DNA from: Cetorhinus maximus
Taxonomy: Eukaryota
Direction of reading: 5' to 3'
Assembly: GCF_964194155.1 (NCBI RefSeq)
Contig: NC_135893.1
Span: 75,330,001 to 75,394,000, forward strand
Length of the DNA stretch: 64,000 bases
Positions 1 to 11,789 of the stretch are shown here, one piece after another. The notes under the pieces are model-generated. The model made no database searches. It was given only the letters and a program-made list of their open reading frames with translations, and had not been told where the DNA came from. Position 1 is the first letter of the stretch, and every line of letters starts with the position of its first letter. A program made the position numbers and the translations under genes.

Positions 1-535
1 CACTTATCAGCCCAAGCCTGGATGTTGTCCAGGATTTTCTGCAGACCAGGCAGGTATGAACTGCTTCATTATCCTGGAAGCTGAGGAGGTGAATCTGAGC
101 AAGCATCTGTGAACAATCCCCGTATTAACATGGTGGGGGGAATGTCATTGATGATGCAGATGAAGATTGTTGAGCCTAGGATTGTGTCCTGAGAACTCTT
201 GTAGCGATGTCCTAGTGTTTAGTTGACTGGCCTCCAGCAACCACAACCATCTTCCTTAATATACAGATATGACTCTAGCCACTGCAGGTTTTTCCCTATA
301 ATCCCCACTGACTTAGTTTTACTCAGGATCATTGATGCCACATTCAGTTGAATGCTGCCTTGATGTCAAGAGCAGCCACTCTCCCATTTTCTCTGGAATT
401 CAGCTCACTTGTCCATGTTTGAACAAAGGCTGTAATGAGGTCTGGAAATGAGTGCTCTGGATAGATTCCAAACTGAGCATTGGTGAGCAAGTTATTGGTG
501 AGTAAGTGCCATTTGATAGCATTGTTGACAACTCT
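1..535 (-). mobile_element. Decayed CR1/L2-group LINE reverse-transcriptase fragment
   Basis: Minus ORF 344-538 reads NNLLTNAQFG..HSFPDLITAFVQTW..RVAALDIKAAF, an RT motif. Same family as 29890-31437. Confidence 0.8.
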
Positions 536-545
536 CAAAGGTTGA

Positions 546-870
546 TTATACTGATTTGTTCATACAGTTGAGAGCAACAAATTTCCACAAACGGCAATGC
601 GATAATGATAATTTGTTTCCACGATATTTATTGCGGTGTAAATATTGGCCAGGACACTGGGGATAACTCTTCTGCTCTTCTTTGAAATGGTACAGTGGGA
701 TCTTATACCTCCACCTCAGAGGGCAGACAAGACCTCGGTTTAACATGTCATCTGAAAGATGGCACCTCTGACAGTGCAGCCCTCCCTCAGTACTGCATTG
801 AAGTATCAGCTTTAATTTTGTGCTGAAGTCCTGGAGTGGGACTTGAACCCACAACCTTCAGATGCAAGAG
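546..870 (-). mobile_element. tRNA-derived DeuSINE (AmnSINE1/SacSINE1-like)
   Basis: Minus strand has B-box GGTTCAAGTCCC followed by GCAGTACTGAGGGAG..GAGGTGCCATCTTTCAGATGA..TTAAACCGAGG..GAAGAGCAG..GTCCTGGCCAATATTT. Several similar copies occur in the window. Family name from recall. Confidence 0.7.
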
Positions 871-1231
871 TGCACCTAGTAGTAAAATGTGCCAAAGTTT
901 TAGTAGCAAACACTGACATTAAGTCATATAAGGAAGCAATAAAGGCCAATAATCAAAATCATGATCAAAGAGTTGGTTTTACACAAAATTTTAAAGGAGT
1001 GATGAGAAATTGACCTGTGCATGTGTGGGGGCACATCAGAACAAAATGATACAAACCGAGCTGAATAAACCACAAATCTTAATCATTTTGGGCTCTCATT
1101 TGATTCCCTCCTGTCATCGTTTAACAGGCCTGTCACATGCAATGTGGACAAATTTTGTGTGTGAGTTTGTTCATCGTGAGCTGGATTATTGAACACAAAC
1201 ATGGGTAAATTAGCAAGACGTGTTGATAACA

Positions 1232-1457
1232 TAAAAGCAAAATACTGCAGTTGCTGGAAATCTGAAATAAGAACAGAAATGCTCGGAAAAACTCAGCAGG
1301 TCTAGCAGCCTCTGTGGAGAGAGAAACAGAATTAATGTTCTGAGTCTGTATGACTCTTCTTCAGAGCTGAAGAGTCGAAGTGCCATATGGACTCGAAATG
1401 TTAACTCTGTTTCTCTCTCCCCAGACGCTGCCAGACCTGCTGAATTTTTCTAGCATT
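1232..1457. mobile_element. Penelope-derived short element forming a long inverted repeat, with degenerate hammerhead motifs
   Basis: GAAAAACTCAGCAGGTCT..GAGAGAGAAACAGAATTAA mirrors TTAACTCTGTTTCTCTCTC..AGACCTGCTGAATTTTTC about a centre near 1365 (CTTCAGAGCTGAAG). Confidence 0.75.
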
Positions 1458-1770
1458 CATAACATACATTGGCTCAGATTCTGTGATGAAGGAACTGCAC
1501 TCGTCTTTTATCATGCTTATAGACTATTATGGGTCCTTGTGCAACAATTTAGAGTAATTTGGGATCCTTTACAGCATGGTGCCCTCTACAGGGGGTCTGT
1601 GCCATGTGTGAATGGGGTAAGTAACTTTCTTATATTTGCTGGTATCTATTCTACTTTCTGGCAAGGTACGTAAAGAGTTAGCTTATTATCTTTATACTTC
1701 AGGGGTGACATTTCACCCAGTGACTGAATCGTAGACAAATAATATAAAGCACATAAAGAGCAGGAAATAG

Positions 1771-2442
1771 GGCCAGGATTTTCAGCTCAGCGTGCGGGGG
1801 CATGCCCGACATGCCCGAGCATGAAATAACGCGCAATGACATCGGGCGAGCGTCCCAACTTCATTGCGGACTCGCACAGTATTTTGGTTGGCTGGTGCAT
1901 GCGAGATTCGGCAGAGGCCTATTAAGGCCCTTAAGCAGCTAATTAAGTAGAACTTTTCACTGCCCGTCAACCTTATGGTTGGCGGGCGAGCGAATAGGCC
2001 AGGCTGCCTTTGCATTTTTTGCGAAACCTCATCCACGGGCGGAATGAGGTTTCCAACAATGAATTAAAAAAAATACATTTTTTTTAAAACTCAGTTTTCA
2101 CATGCCCCTCTTCATATAACTGAGTCACATGTGGGGACATGTTTATATTAATCGTAGATTCATTATTTTTCATTTAAAAAATCTTCAGCTCCTTGAGGCA
2201 GCTCTGCGCCTTCAGGCAGCTTTCACCGAGCGCACCCCTGCGCATGCATGAACTTCAGCGCTCGCGCTCCTCCTGCCCCCACCCTGGCAGCGCTGAGGCT
2301 CTCAGCGCGCACTTCACATTGGCTGGCCGTCAATTGGTCAGCCAGCGTGAAATCGCAGTCGGGTCCCAATCGCAGGCGGTGGACCCTTTTCGCAGTCACA
2401 CCCGGGCCCGCCCAGCCTCCTGATGGGGGGAAATTCCTGCCC
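1771..2442 (+). mobile_element. Non-autonomous PIF/Harbinger-type MITE
   Basis: Termini GGCCAGGATTTT and AAATTCCTGCCC are imperfect TIRs. 3-bp TSD TAG at 1768-1770 and 2443-2445. Homologous to 9860-10551 in the opposite orientation. Confidence 0.8.
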
Positions 2443-3097
2443 TAGGTTTCCACAACGCTGTTTCTGGCCTGGCCCACACAGGAGCCCTCTGCATATGGCA
2501 GAGTAAACTGGCTGAGCGTTGTGCTGAGGTCACAGAGCCACTGGCTGGTTTCCTACTGGATTTCCCCAGTCTGGATCATGCAGGTCCATTGAATGAACTC
2601 GTTCATCACTCAACATAGATCAAGTGGCGAGCTGCAAAATGGGACTTGGGCACCCAACTTACAAGTGAGTTGATGTTGAAAAGCTTCTGCTCTTGCAATG
2701 TCTCTGGAAGTACTCTGGAGTGTTTGTGGAGGTGTTGAGGTGAGTTCCTAGATTTAGCAGAGGGTATTGCTACATCCACATGGGGAGGGCAGAGGGGTAG
2801 ATGGCCTGCCCACACAAGGGCCTCAGTAGGTATGGGGGCTGCAGTACCTCTGGGTCAGCAGCATGACAGGGAGACGGAGCAGAGGCTGCGGAGAGTGCCA
2901 GGTTTATGTGATATCCTCCCAAAAGGAAGTTCCAGTAATACTGGCACCAGTAGATCCAGTTCTGAACAGGTAGTCCACTGGTCCGAACTGCTTATTTTTC
3001 AGTTTATTGGTATTTATTGCTGGTGCAGCTATATGTTCCAGGCTCGAATGAGGATCAACAGATGTCAATAATCAACTGAAAATATGCAGCCACTTTC

Positions 3098-4080
3098 CGG
3101 TGTGTGTGTGTGTGTGTGTGTGTGTGTGGCAGGGGTTTGTGGGTGTGTGTGTGTGGGATGGGGGTGGTGTGTAGGTGGGTGTGTCTGGGTGTTGTGTATG
3201 TGTGGAGGATGTGGGTGTGGGTGTGTGGGGGGGTGGGATGTGTGTGGGGGGGTGTGGGTGTGTGTGTGTGTGGGGGTGTGGGCGTGTGTGTGGGGGTGTG
3301 GGTGTATGTGTGTGGGGGTGTGGGCGTGTGTGTGAGGGTGTGGGTGTGTGTGTGTGGGGGGTGGGGGGGTGTGTGTGTGGGGCTGTGGGCGTGTGTGTGG
3401 GGGTGTGGGTATGTGTGTGTTGGGGGTGGGGCTGTGTGTGGGGGTGTGGGTATGTGTGTGTGGTGGGTGTGGGTGTGTGTGGGGGGATGTACGTGTGTCT
3501 GGCTGTGTGTGTGGGGGTTGTGTGTGTGTGTGAGGGGTGTGAGTGTGTGTGGGGTTTGGGTGGGTGTGTGTGGGGATGTGGGTGGGTGTGTGTGGGGGTG
3601 TGGGTATGTGTGTGTGGGGGGTGTGGGTGGGTGTGTGTGGGGGTGTGGGTGTGTGTGGGGGTGTGGGCGTGTGTGTGGGGGTGTGGGTGTGTGTGTGGGG
3701 GTGTGGGCGTGTGTGTGGGGGTGTGGGTATGTGTGTGTGTGGGGGGGTGTGGACGTGTGTGTGGGTGTATGTGTGTGTGTGGGGGAGTGTGGGTGTGTGT
3801 GTGGGGTTTGGGTGGGTGTGTGTGGGGTTTGGGTGGGTGTGTGTGGGGGATGTGGGTGGGTGTGTGTGGGTGTGTGGGTATGTGTGTGTGGGGGGTGTGG
3901 GTGTGTGTGTGGGGGTGTGGGCGTGTGTGTGGGGGTGTGGGTATGTGTGTGTGTGGGGGGGTGTGGGCGTGTGTGTGGGGGTATGTGTGTGTGTGAGGGA
4001 GTGTGGGTGTGTGTGTGTGTGGGGGTGGGGGTGTGTGTGAGGGGTTTTGGGGATGTGTGTGTTAGGGCTGCGTGTGTGCA
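3098..4080. repeat. Compound (GT)n / GTGTGGGG microsatellite
   Basis: About 1 kb made almost only of G and T. Source of the spurious VCG-rich and HTP-rich ORFs. Confidence 0.97.
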
Positions 4081-4267
4081 TATATGAAGCTGCTTTGGAT
4101 TAATAAGTGTGATTCAGCAGGATTTGAGGTTACGTCTCCATATATCCAGACAAAACACGCAGAATAAAAGTTTGAGTGAAAGCTGTGCAAATTTTATTGT
4201 GGAAAAAATTAAATAAAATATAGACACTATCTACACTGCCTATAATTGACTCCAGACAAAAAACTCA

Positions 4268-5523
4268 GGCCGGAATTTTCCGGCTCCATTGGTGTCAGGT
4301 GTCATGGCGGTTTGGGGGGGACAATATGGTGAGAAAGCCAAAAATCGGTTTCACATCATCATGAAAGCAGTTAGCGATCATCTGCTCCACCTGTCAATGG
4401 CGGGTCGCGTTTCCCACTGCCACACGTCAGGAACCTAATTTCAATACTTTAGCATCTTATTGTAAACCCTGCTCACTGGAATCATCTCCCCCACGCCGGG
4501 TTTCACAACTGTGCAGAAGCGACGTGTACCTGGTGAGCTGCACTTCGTTCGGGACTTTGAGGTTTGTTTGCCCACCTTGTTTCGGGCAGCACTCGTGGTC
4601 ATCAGCGCCAGGCTTTGCAGGCAGCACCACATCACTTATAAGAGAGCTCACTGGCAGTTGTCCACCTACCATACCAGCCATAAGGCAGGGTGGCTTCTCC
4701 ACAGCTGCAGGGCTAGGGCTTGCTTGGGGAAGCGGGGGAAGATGCCTCAGGGAAAGGAAGAGTCTACAGGGTGAAGGCTGTACTGGGAAAGGGGGGCATC
4801 CCAGGGTGTGTGTGGGGGGGCACCTGTTGATTTGTGCAAGTGGCCTCAAGATGGTGAGGGCTGAGGAGGCAGTCTCCAGAGGAGATGAGGCCAGATGAAG
4901 AGTGAGTGGTGATGTCCCTTGAGCTGGCAGTGAGTGAGATGCCAGCAAATGTGTGATGGCCCTGTGAGTGGGTGAGCTGAGAATGATGAGATGGTTGCCC
5001 TACCCTGGGGGCACAGATGAGATCATTCATCTGTTTTCTGTACTGGATGGCCGACCTCTTGAGTGCAGCATTGGCACTGACCACCTCTGCCACTGTCTCC
5101 CAAGCTGAAGTGCTGAGACTGATGGGCCTCCTGCGGCCAGAGCGTGGGTAGAGGACATCGCGATGGGCCTCTGCAGTGGTCCAGAAGGCATCCCAGGAAT
5201 GTGTCACTGAATCAGGGGGCTGCACCCTTCATGGTTTTTGGGGCCATATCTTCACCGGTGCCCTCCTGGGCTGCAAGCATTGAGAAGTGTGCGTGTGGCT
5301 GCAGTTTAAATATGGCATCCCGCGTGAGGAAGTGGTGAGGTAACAGCATGGCGGGCAAATCAGAGGCCGCCCACCAGCGACACGCTGTGTTTCCCGTGGC
5401 TGCATAATTAATGAGGCGGGAATGGGACAATACGGTGCAAAATCCCACCATTGTGACCAGCAGGTAAGTGGACTTTTTCCCGCCCGCTACTGCGCTTTGT
5501 ACAAATCTGGGACGATTCTGTGC
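4268..5523. mobile_element. Internally deleted Harbinger element retaining the Myb/SANT gene 5' part
   Basis: Left terminus GGCCGGAATTTTC, degenerate right terminus GACGATTCTGTGC, TSD TCA at 4265-4267 and 5524-5526. Left arm is homologous to 17716 (reverse) and 54475. Confidence 0.8.
5004..5247 (-). pseudogene. Harbinger Myb/SANT-like DNA-binding protein exon (NAIF1/MSANTD-like), disrupted
   Basis: MAPKTMKGAAP*FSDTFLGCLLD/TAEAHRDVLYP..AWETVAEVVSAN..KRSAIQYRKQMNDL, with one stop and one frameshift, then a GT donor. Confidence 0.75.
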
Positions 5524-6094
5524 TCAGAATAAAAATTTGAGTACAGGCTGTGCAAATTTTATTGTGAGAATCAATACCTTCCCAATCGTACAGTTGCTCC
5601 ACATGCACAGGACGGGAACAAGATATCCACTCACAGTTGCCATCTTGCCCTGAGCCTCACAGCTAGGCCAGTTTTGATGCTGCTTCTAGCCTTTTACCTT
5701 CTCCTCACCGTCTCTGCCGCTGTTGCCGCCTCTTCCTCTGCTGCCACAACTGCTGCCTCCACCCCCACCACAGCCTCAGCTGCTGCCTCCGGCGCTGTTG
5801 CTGCTCCCTGCTCCACCTCTGCCACTGTTGCTGATGCTGCCAGGGTGACCAGCTCTGGGGAAAAAAATAAGGGATGCACCACTAAAGGAGTGATTGCAGG
5901 GGATGGTGCTTTGCTGGGGAGGCTGACGGAACAGTCTGTGGTTCACCACCTGCCCTCCCCCCAACTTCCAATTTTCCCCTGACCCCCATTCTCCCGTTGG
6001 GAGTCAGGACCACCCAACCCTCAGGCTGGCCTGGACCCGTCCCTCCTCTCCCACTCAGGCCTGCCAGAAACGTAGCTTCCTGGGCCTGTGTGCC

Positions 6095-6505
6095 TGATCT
6101 GACACCCCACTCTCAGGCCTACATGACCTGACTGACTGCACCCCCCCCCACCCCCGACCAAGTCCCGGCCTACATGACCTGACTGATCCACCCCTAGTCT
6201 CGGCCTACATGACCTGACTGATCCCCCCTAGCCTTGTCCTACATGACCTGACTGATCCCCCCCTAGTCTCGGCCTACATAACCTGACTGACCCCTCCCCT
6301 AGCCTCGTCCTACATGACCTGACTGATCCCCTCCTCCCCAGTCTCGGCCTACATAACCTGACTGACGCCCCCCTAGCCTCGTTCTACATGACCTGACCGG
6401 GCCCCCCCTCCCCAGTCTCGGCCTACATAACCTGACTGATCCCCTCCTCCCCAGTCTCAGCCTACATGACCTGACTGATCCCCCCTAGTCTTGGCCTACA
6501 TGGCC
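6095..6505. repeat. Minisatellite, ~33-40 bp unit GGCCTACATGACCTGACTGATCCCCCCTAGTCTC
   Basis: About 11 tandem copies with variable C-runs. Confidence 0.9.
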
Positions 6506-7649
6506 AACGCCAAACTTTGGAACACACCCTGCCCTCCAATAGGCCTGAGTAACATCGCTAAGAACAGATTAACTGGTTATATTCTTTCAGTGCTGTTTGT
6601 GGGATCTTGTTGTGTGCAAATTGGCTTCAAAAGTACTTAATATCTATAAAGCACTTAGGGACCTCCTGAGTCTGTGAAAGGGGCTATTTAAATGCTTTTC
6701 CAGTCTTTTTCTTCTTTAGTATTTCACTCATTATTAGCTAGGCAGAGAGTGCGCTGTGCATGCTCTGTTCAGTTTATAGGGGCCAACCACGGCCTAACAA
6801 GCAGTCCTAAGGGAGTGTTGGAGGTCATCAACAAAAAGACAAGTTGACTTTTACTCATCTTTGTACGGAGACAGGAGCAGTCCGGGTTGCCTCCCTCCAA
6901 CCCAGATCTTGTATCTGAGGTCGGCAGATTTTCTTCTGAGGCTCTGACCATGCCTTTTACCCGACTGACATTCCAAGGCTCACCGATTTTACGTAGCTGA
7001 GGCCTGAGACCCAAGTGCTGGCAAACCTCAGGCCGATCTTTGAGCGCATTACCTTCAAAGGACCCATTTGCCACAGCTTCTGGCACTATAACAACTTCTC
7101 AGCCTAAGACTTTAACCTGAGGACTGAGTTATATCTGCGCAACCTGGTCCAATTACCCCACACCCGCCAATTATGATTCGATGATTCTTGACAGATAAAT
7201 AGTTATTTTTCCCAGTTCCAATAATTTTATCACTAATAAAATAGTGAGTGAAGAAAATGAAAAAAAGACAATTTTTTTTTAATGCTCCTACGCTTTTTCT
7301 CCTGGGTTCCTTGTAGCAGTACTAAGAAATTACTCTTAAATGCCTGAAGATTCCAGGACGTTCCTATATCAAGTGCAATGCCACAGATCGACTCATAATA
7401 TAAATATCAAAATATTCTCATAAGAATATCCATGTTTTTATTGTAAATGGCACAAGCTAAAATTGCCTTGCCAAAACTCTTGTCACAAACAGCCTGAAAA
7501 TAGGATTTAGGTTTAAAATAGCAAAAGATCCATTTTAAACTGATATCAGGAAATCCATCTTCATGCAAAGAACAATGGGCATGTGAAATGGAAAATAAAT
7601 GGAAAATGCTGGAAACGCTCAGTCATCCGTTGAGGTAGATGGAGAGGGT

Positions 7650-8614
7650 TGTTACGAGGGTGCGCTTTTTTTAAACAAAGGTGCTATTTCTAATTCTTCT
7701 TTTCCTGGCTGGATTTTTAAAAAGCAGTAAACTGAAATCCTAGCAAGACAATGGAGGACTGCCAGCCAGCTCCAATATGCAAGCTTGCATTCCACCCAAG
7801 TGGGATGAAAGGGAACAGACACTCAAACCTCCTGGGGAACATGAAAGACCCCATCTCCTGTTGGCTTTTATACTATCCTGAAACTTTTCAAAAGTTTCCG
7901 AGATGAGACATCAAATGGCAATTACCTGTTCTAAAAACAATGACTGCAGCAGTCATGGATAATCGGATTCCTCTGGAATATACAGCCAGCAGGACTTTCA
8001 GAAATGTTTACCAGGCCAGTGAGGTGAGGGAACAGAATGCTGTACTGAAAGGCTGCAAAGACGCTGCCTCCTCTCTCTCTTTTGAAAGCATTGTACCCAG
8101 ATTTGCAAAGTAACCATCCTGACAACAGAAATCTACTCAAACTGAGATCTTTTGGGAATAAAATATTGAAATCTGCTGCATACAGCCACGTCCAGGCAGA
8201 CAACTGAACTAAACAGCTGCAATGTGGAATCACACAAACCCAGCCAGAGGACAGCTGACCGTATACTCCTTTGTTTATCTTTTTCACGAATTTAAAAAAA
8301 ATCTTTACGCCTATCCTCTTATGCTACCATCTGTACTGGTGTGTGTGTAGGCCCAGGGAATGTTTGTGACGTATGAATGGTGGTTGCGATTTAGCTAGGC
8401 CTCTTTTAAATTCAGAAAATAGTTTCAATAAACCTAATCTTGTTCTTTGTTCAAACCCTGAAAACCTGTCTATAGTCTAAAAGTGTACATACTGGGACTC
8501 CTGCAGTATTGAAAAAGCACATCCCCTCTAAATTCACAACAAACCCTGTATGGTCAGACCTGGAGTGGTAGAATAGGAGAGTTATTTTTTTCCCCTCTTC
8601 ACATGGTCATAACA
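7650..8614 (+). mobile_element. Probable solo LTR (~965 bp)
   Basis: Starts TGTTACGA and ends TCATAACA (inverted termini), with AATAAA near 8427. Flanked by pieces of the Penelope-derived repeat. No TSD seen. Confidence 0.55.
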
Positions 8615-9650
8615 ACATTCTCCACAGATCTTGCCTGACTTGCTGACTATTTCCAGCTTTTTTTGTTTACATTTCAGATTTCCAGCATCCACAGTATTTG
8701 TCCCATGGAATGGAAGCCCTTGGAATAATTTAAGAAAGCTAATTAGTTGCAGCAATGATGAGATCGCGGGGTTATTTCTGGTTGGCAGAACCAAGAAGGG
8801 CTAAGTGCCTTCCTCATTCACAATTGTCTGTGAAATTGTGATGAATAAAAATCACTTCTGGGCGACTGTGAAAGGCAGGCGTGACCCCTTGTGGTCCAAA
8901 CATGAAACATCAAGTGACAGAAGGCAACCTTTGGAGATTGTACTCGAGTGATAGTAAAACATCTGGGGAATAAACTCCTGCTTTCACCAATTTTAGTCAA
9001 AACAAGTTGACAGAACTTTCATCCAGCAAATAGTAAAAGTCTCAAGTTTAGTCAGACAGGTGAGAAGACATATTTGCGGTCATAAATAATTATGTTTCCC
9101 ATTGAATTTCATTAGTGATAGAATCATACTCTCCCTTAGGTAAGTTCACAACAACAAATTTTTAGTAAAATACAATTTTAAAAATTTGATTCATTATTAA
9201 CTAAACTTCAAACCGAAACCCATTTCTCTTTAGAGACCGAATGGGATTTTGCCACCAAGACCTGTTATCTCAAATTGTTCTTGTGAATATATCCGCTGCT
9301 GTTTTGGCAATTGTAAGTTGTCCTTAGAGATATATTGTTTAACTGTGTCTGTTTACTTTCCCCTCCTCTCTCCATTTTCTGATCCTAATAAAATTCATTT
9401 CTTATTTTTTCGATTCTATAGGAGGGCACAAACCCAAAACATTAACTGTTCTCTCCTCCAGGCTGGCTGACATTCACACATTTCCAGTATTATCTATTCA
9501 TATATATAGTTTTTGCAGTGTTATGCTTTTTGGGATTGTTTGAGCAGTTTTGTCTCATAGTATGATTTTTTATCCCTAGGTTTTCCAGACAACAAGATTG
9601 CTCTGGGGCCAGTTAACTGCTCATTTAAATATTTCACCATTTCAAAAAAT

Positions 9651-10681
9651 TCATTCATGGGACGTGGGTATCACTGGCTAGGCCAGCATTTATTGCCCAT
9701 CCCTAATTGCCCTGGCTCAGAGGGCATTTAAGAGTCAACCACATTGCTGTGGGCCTCGAGTCACAAGTAGGTCAGACCAGGTAAGGGTAGCAGATTTCCT
9801 TCCCTAAAGGACATTAGTGAACCAGATGGGTTTTTACGATAATTGGCAATTGTTTCATGGGGGAGAATTTTCTGTGGTGTGTGGGGGCAGGCGCAGACAA
9901 GCGCAGAGCCGATTGGCACCCCCGATCGGCTGGGTGCCGCCATTTTACATGGGCGGGCCAATTAAGGCCTGCCCAGCATGATGCGTGCCCGGAAGCGCCA
10001 AGCACCCTCTATGCGGGCGGGGAGGGAGGGGGGTTGCCTGAGTTGGGAGTGTGCTCTTTCACGCATGCGCGCAAATGAGTGCAGAAACCTGCCTGAGGCA
10101 CAGAGGTGCCTCAGGGAGATTAGTTTTAAGTTCAAACAGTCTAATAAAGTGTTGTAAAAATTTTTATGACATGTCCCCTCATGTGAAACTGTCACAAGAG
10201 TTGGGACACGTGCATTAATTTCAATAAAAAATTTTCTGAAAACTTTAAATCATTCATGAAACCTCATCCCGCCCGTGGATGAGGTTCCATCAAAAATGCG
10301 AAGGCCGCCTGGGCTCTTCGTCTTCCTCCCAACCTTAAGGTTGGACGGGCAGCTCAGCTAACTGACTTAATTGCTTTTCAACAGGCCTTTGACAGTTCGG
10401 CGGGCACACAGCTGACTCGGCTGCGTGCCCGCCAAACTGAAAATCTAAATGACGCGCAGTGATGTTGGGCACACGCCTGACGTCACCCCGCGTCATTTTA
10501 CACCACGACAAGCAGGCCCTGCCCCCGCTCACCAAGTTGAAGATTCTACCCATGGTCATCATTGGACTTTTAATTTCAGATTTTTATTGGATTCAAATTT
10601 CACTGAACCCAGGTCCGCAGAGGATTACCCTGGGTCTCTGGAATACAAGTCCAGTGACAATACCACTATGCCACCACCTCC
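9651..10681 (-). mobile_element. tRNA-headed SINE with a LINE-derived 3' tail, split by a MITE
   Basis: Minus-strand head GGTGGCATAGTGG (A box) ..GGGTTC. The tail GGGCAATTAGGGATGGGCAATAAATGCTGGCCTAGCCAG matches the 3' end of the LINE at 29890. Intact copy at 49180-49560. Confidence 0.75.
9860..10551 (-). mobile_element. Non-autonomous PIF/Harbinger-type MITE
   Basis: Termini GGGGAGAATTTT and AAGATTCTACCC, TSD ATG at 9857-9859 and 10552-10554. The empty site GTTTCATGGTCATC is seen in the SINE copy near 49393. Confidence 0.85.
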
Positions 10682-10989
10682 CTTCGGAGATAAAAACTGC
10701 TATGCATTGCATTGCATTGCATCTGTTTCCCAAAATTAAAAATAAGTGCAAAGCATACCAAATTTAGCAGTTCAACTGCCTGTGTCCAATCTGCATGGCC
10801 ATTAGCCCCATCAGTTTTGTTGGTCCCTTCTTTCAGGTATTCCAGTTGGTCTTTTTGGATCTTGTAGCTTATAAGTAAAAATATAATGCCACTCCTTCGT
10901 CCTGAAGGCTGCTTCAATTGCCCATTCTCCCTCCTGGTCTTATCTGAGGGCCAGTGCTGGCAAGGCAATTGGCTCAACATTGATGTCTA

Positions 10990-11432
10990 TGGTGTCAGCT
11001 GTGACTCAGTGCGTGGCACTCTCACTTCTGCAAGGTTCCAGGTTCAAGGCCCGCTCCAGGGTTTGAGCACAAAAATCAAGGCTGACACTCCAGTGCAGTA
11101 CTGATGGAGTGCTGTGCTGTTGGTATCGTCTTTCAGATGAGATGTTAGGCCCTAAATGCCTGCCCAGGTGGACGTAAAAGATCCTGTGGCACTGTTACAA
11201 AAATCAAGGGAGTTATCCGTGTGTCCCGGTCAATATTTATCCCTCAATCACCATCAATAAAAACAAATTACCAGGTCAATGCTGTTTGTGGGATCTTGCA
11301 GTGCACAAATTGGCTGTCTTGTTCCCTACATTCCAACAATGGCTACATTTCAAAAATATTTAATTGACCGTAAAGTGCCTTTGGACGTCATGTGGTCGTG
11401 AAAAGCGCTGTATACATTCAAACCTTTCTATT
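10990..11432 (+). mobile_element. DeuSINE copy
   Basis: GGTTCAAG B-box, then CTGACACTCCAGTGCAGTACTGA, GTCTTTCAGATGAGATGTTA and GTGGACGTAAAAGATCC. Confidence 0.7.
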
Positions 11433-11789
11433 CTTTCAATGAAACAACCTAAAACATGCTTTCAGCTTGTATACATTATCTGTGTTTGGCTGTGATGCTT
11501 TGTTCCAACCTTGTAGTTTATCTTCTAAATTAAAATTAATGTATTATATCACAACTAAAATAATTTTCTAAACATGTAAACAGTGATGAAAAATTGAAGA
11601 ATTGTTGGTATTTTCCATAAGTAACCACCCTGTCAGTGAAATTGTATTCTCAGAAATAGTACAAGCCTGACTATTCAGTTATAAAATCTTAAACCCAGGG
11701 CGTGGGGTGGGGTGTGGGGTCAGTGGTGGAGGGTCAGTGGGGGTGGAAATCCCAGTTTGGAGCAAAGGGAAATCCCGCTGCATGTGAAG

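Noticed and set aside
3065-4087. Long ORFs of 165-338 aa
   Set aside because: Artefacts of a stop-free GT/G microsatellite.
5603-5653. RYPLTV resembling the NOXO1 N-terminus
   Set aside because: Wrong strand for the expected head-to-head layout, immediate stop, no donor site and no PX-domain continuation.
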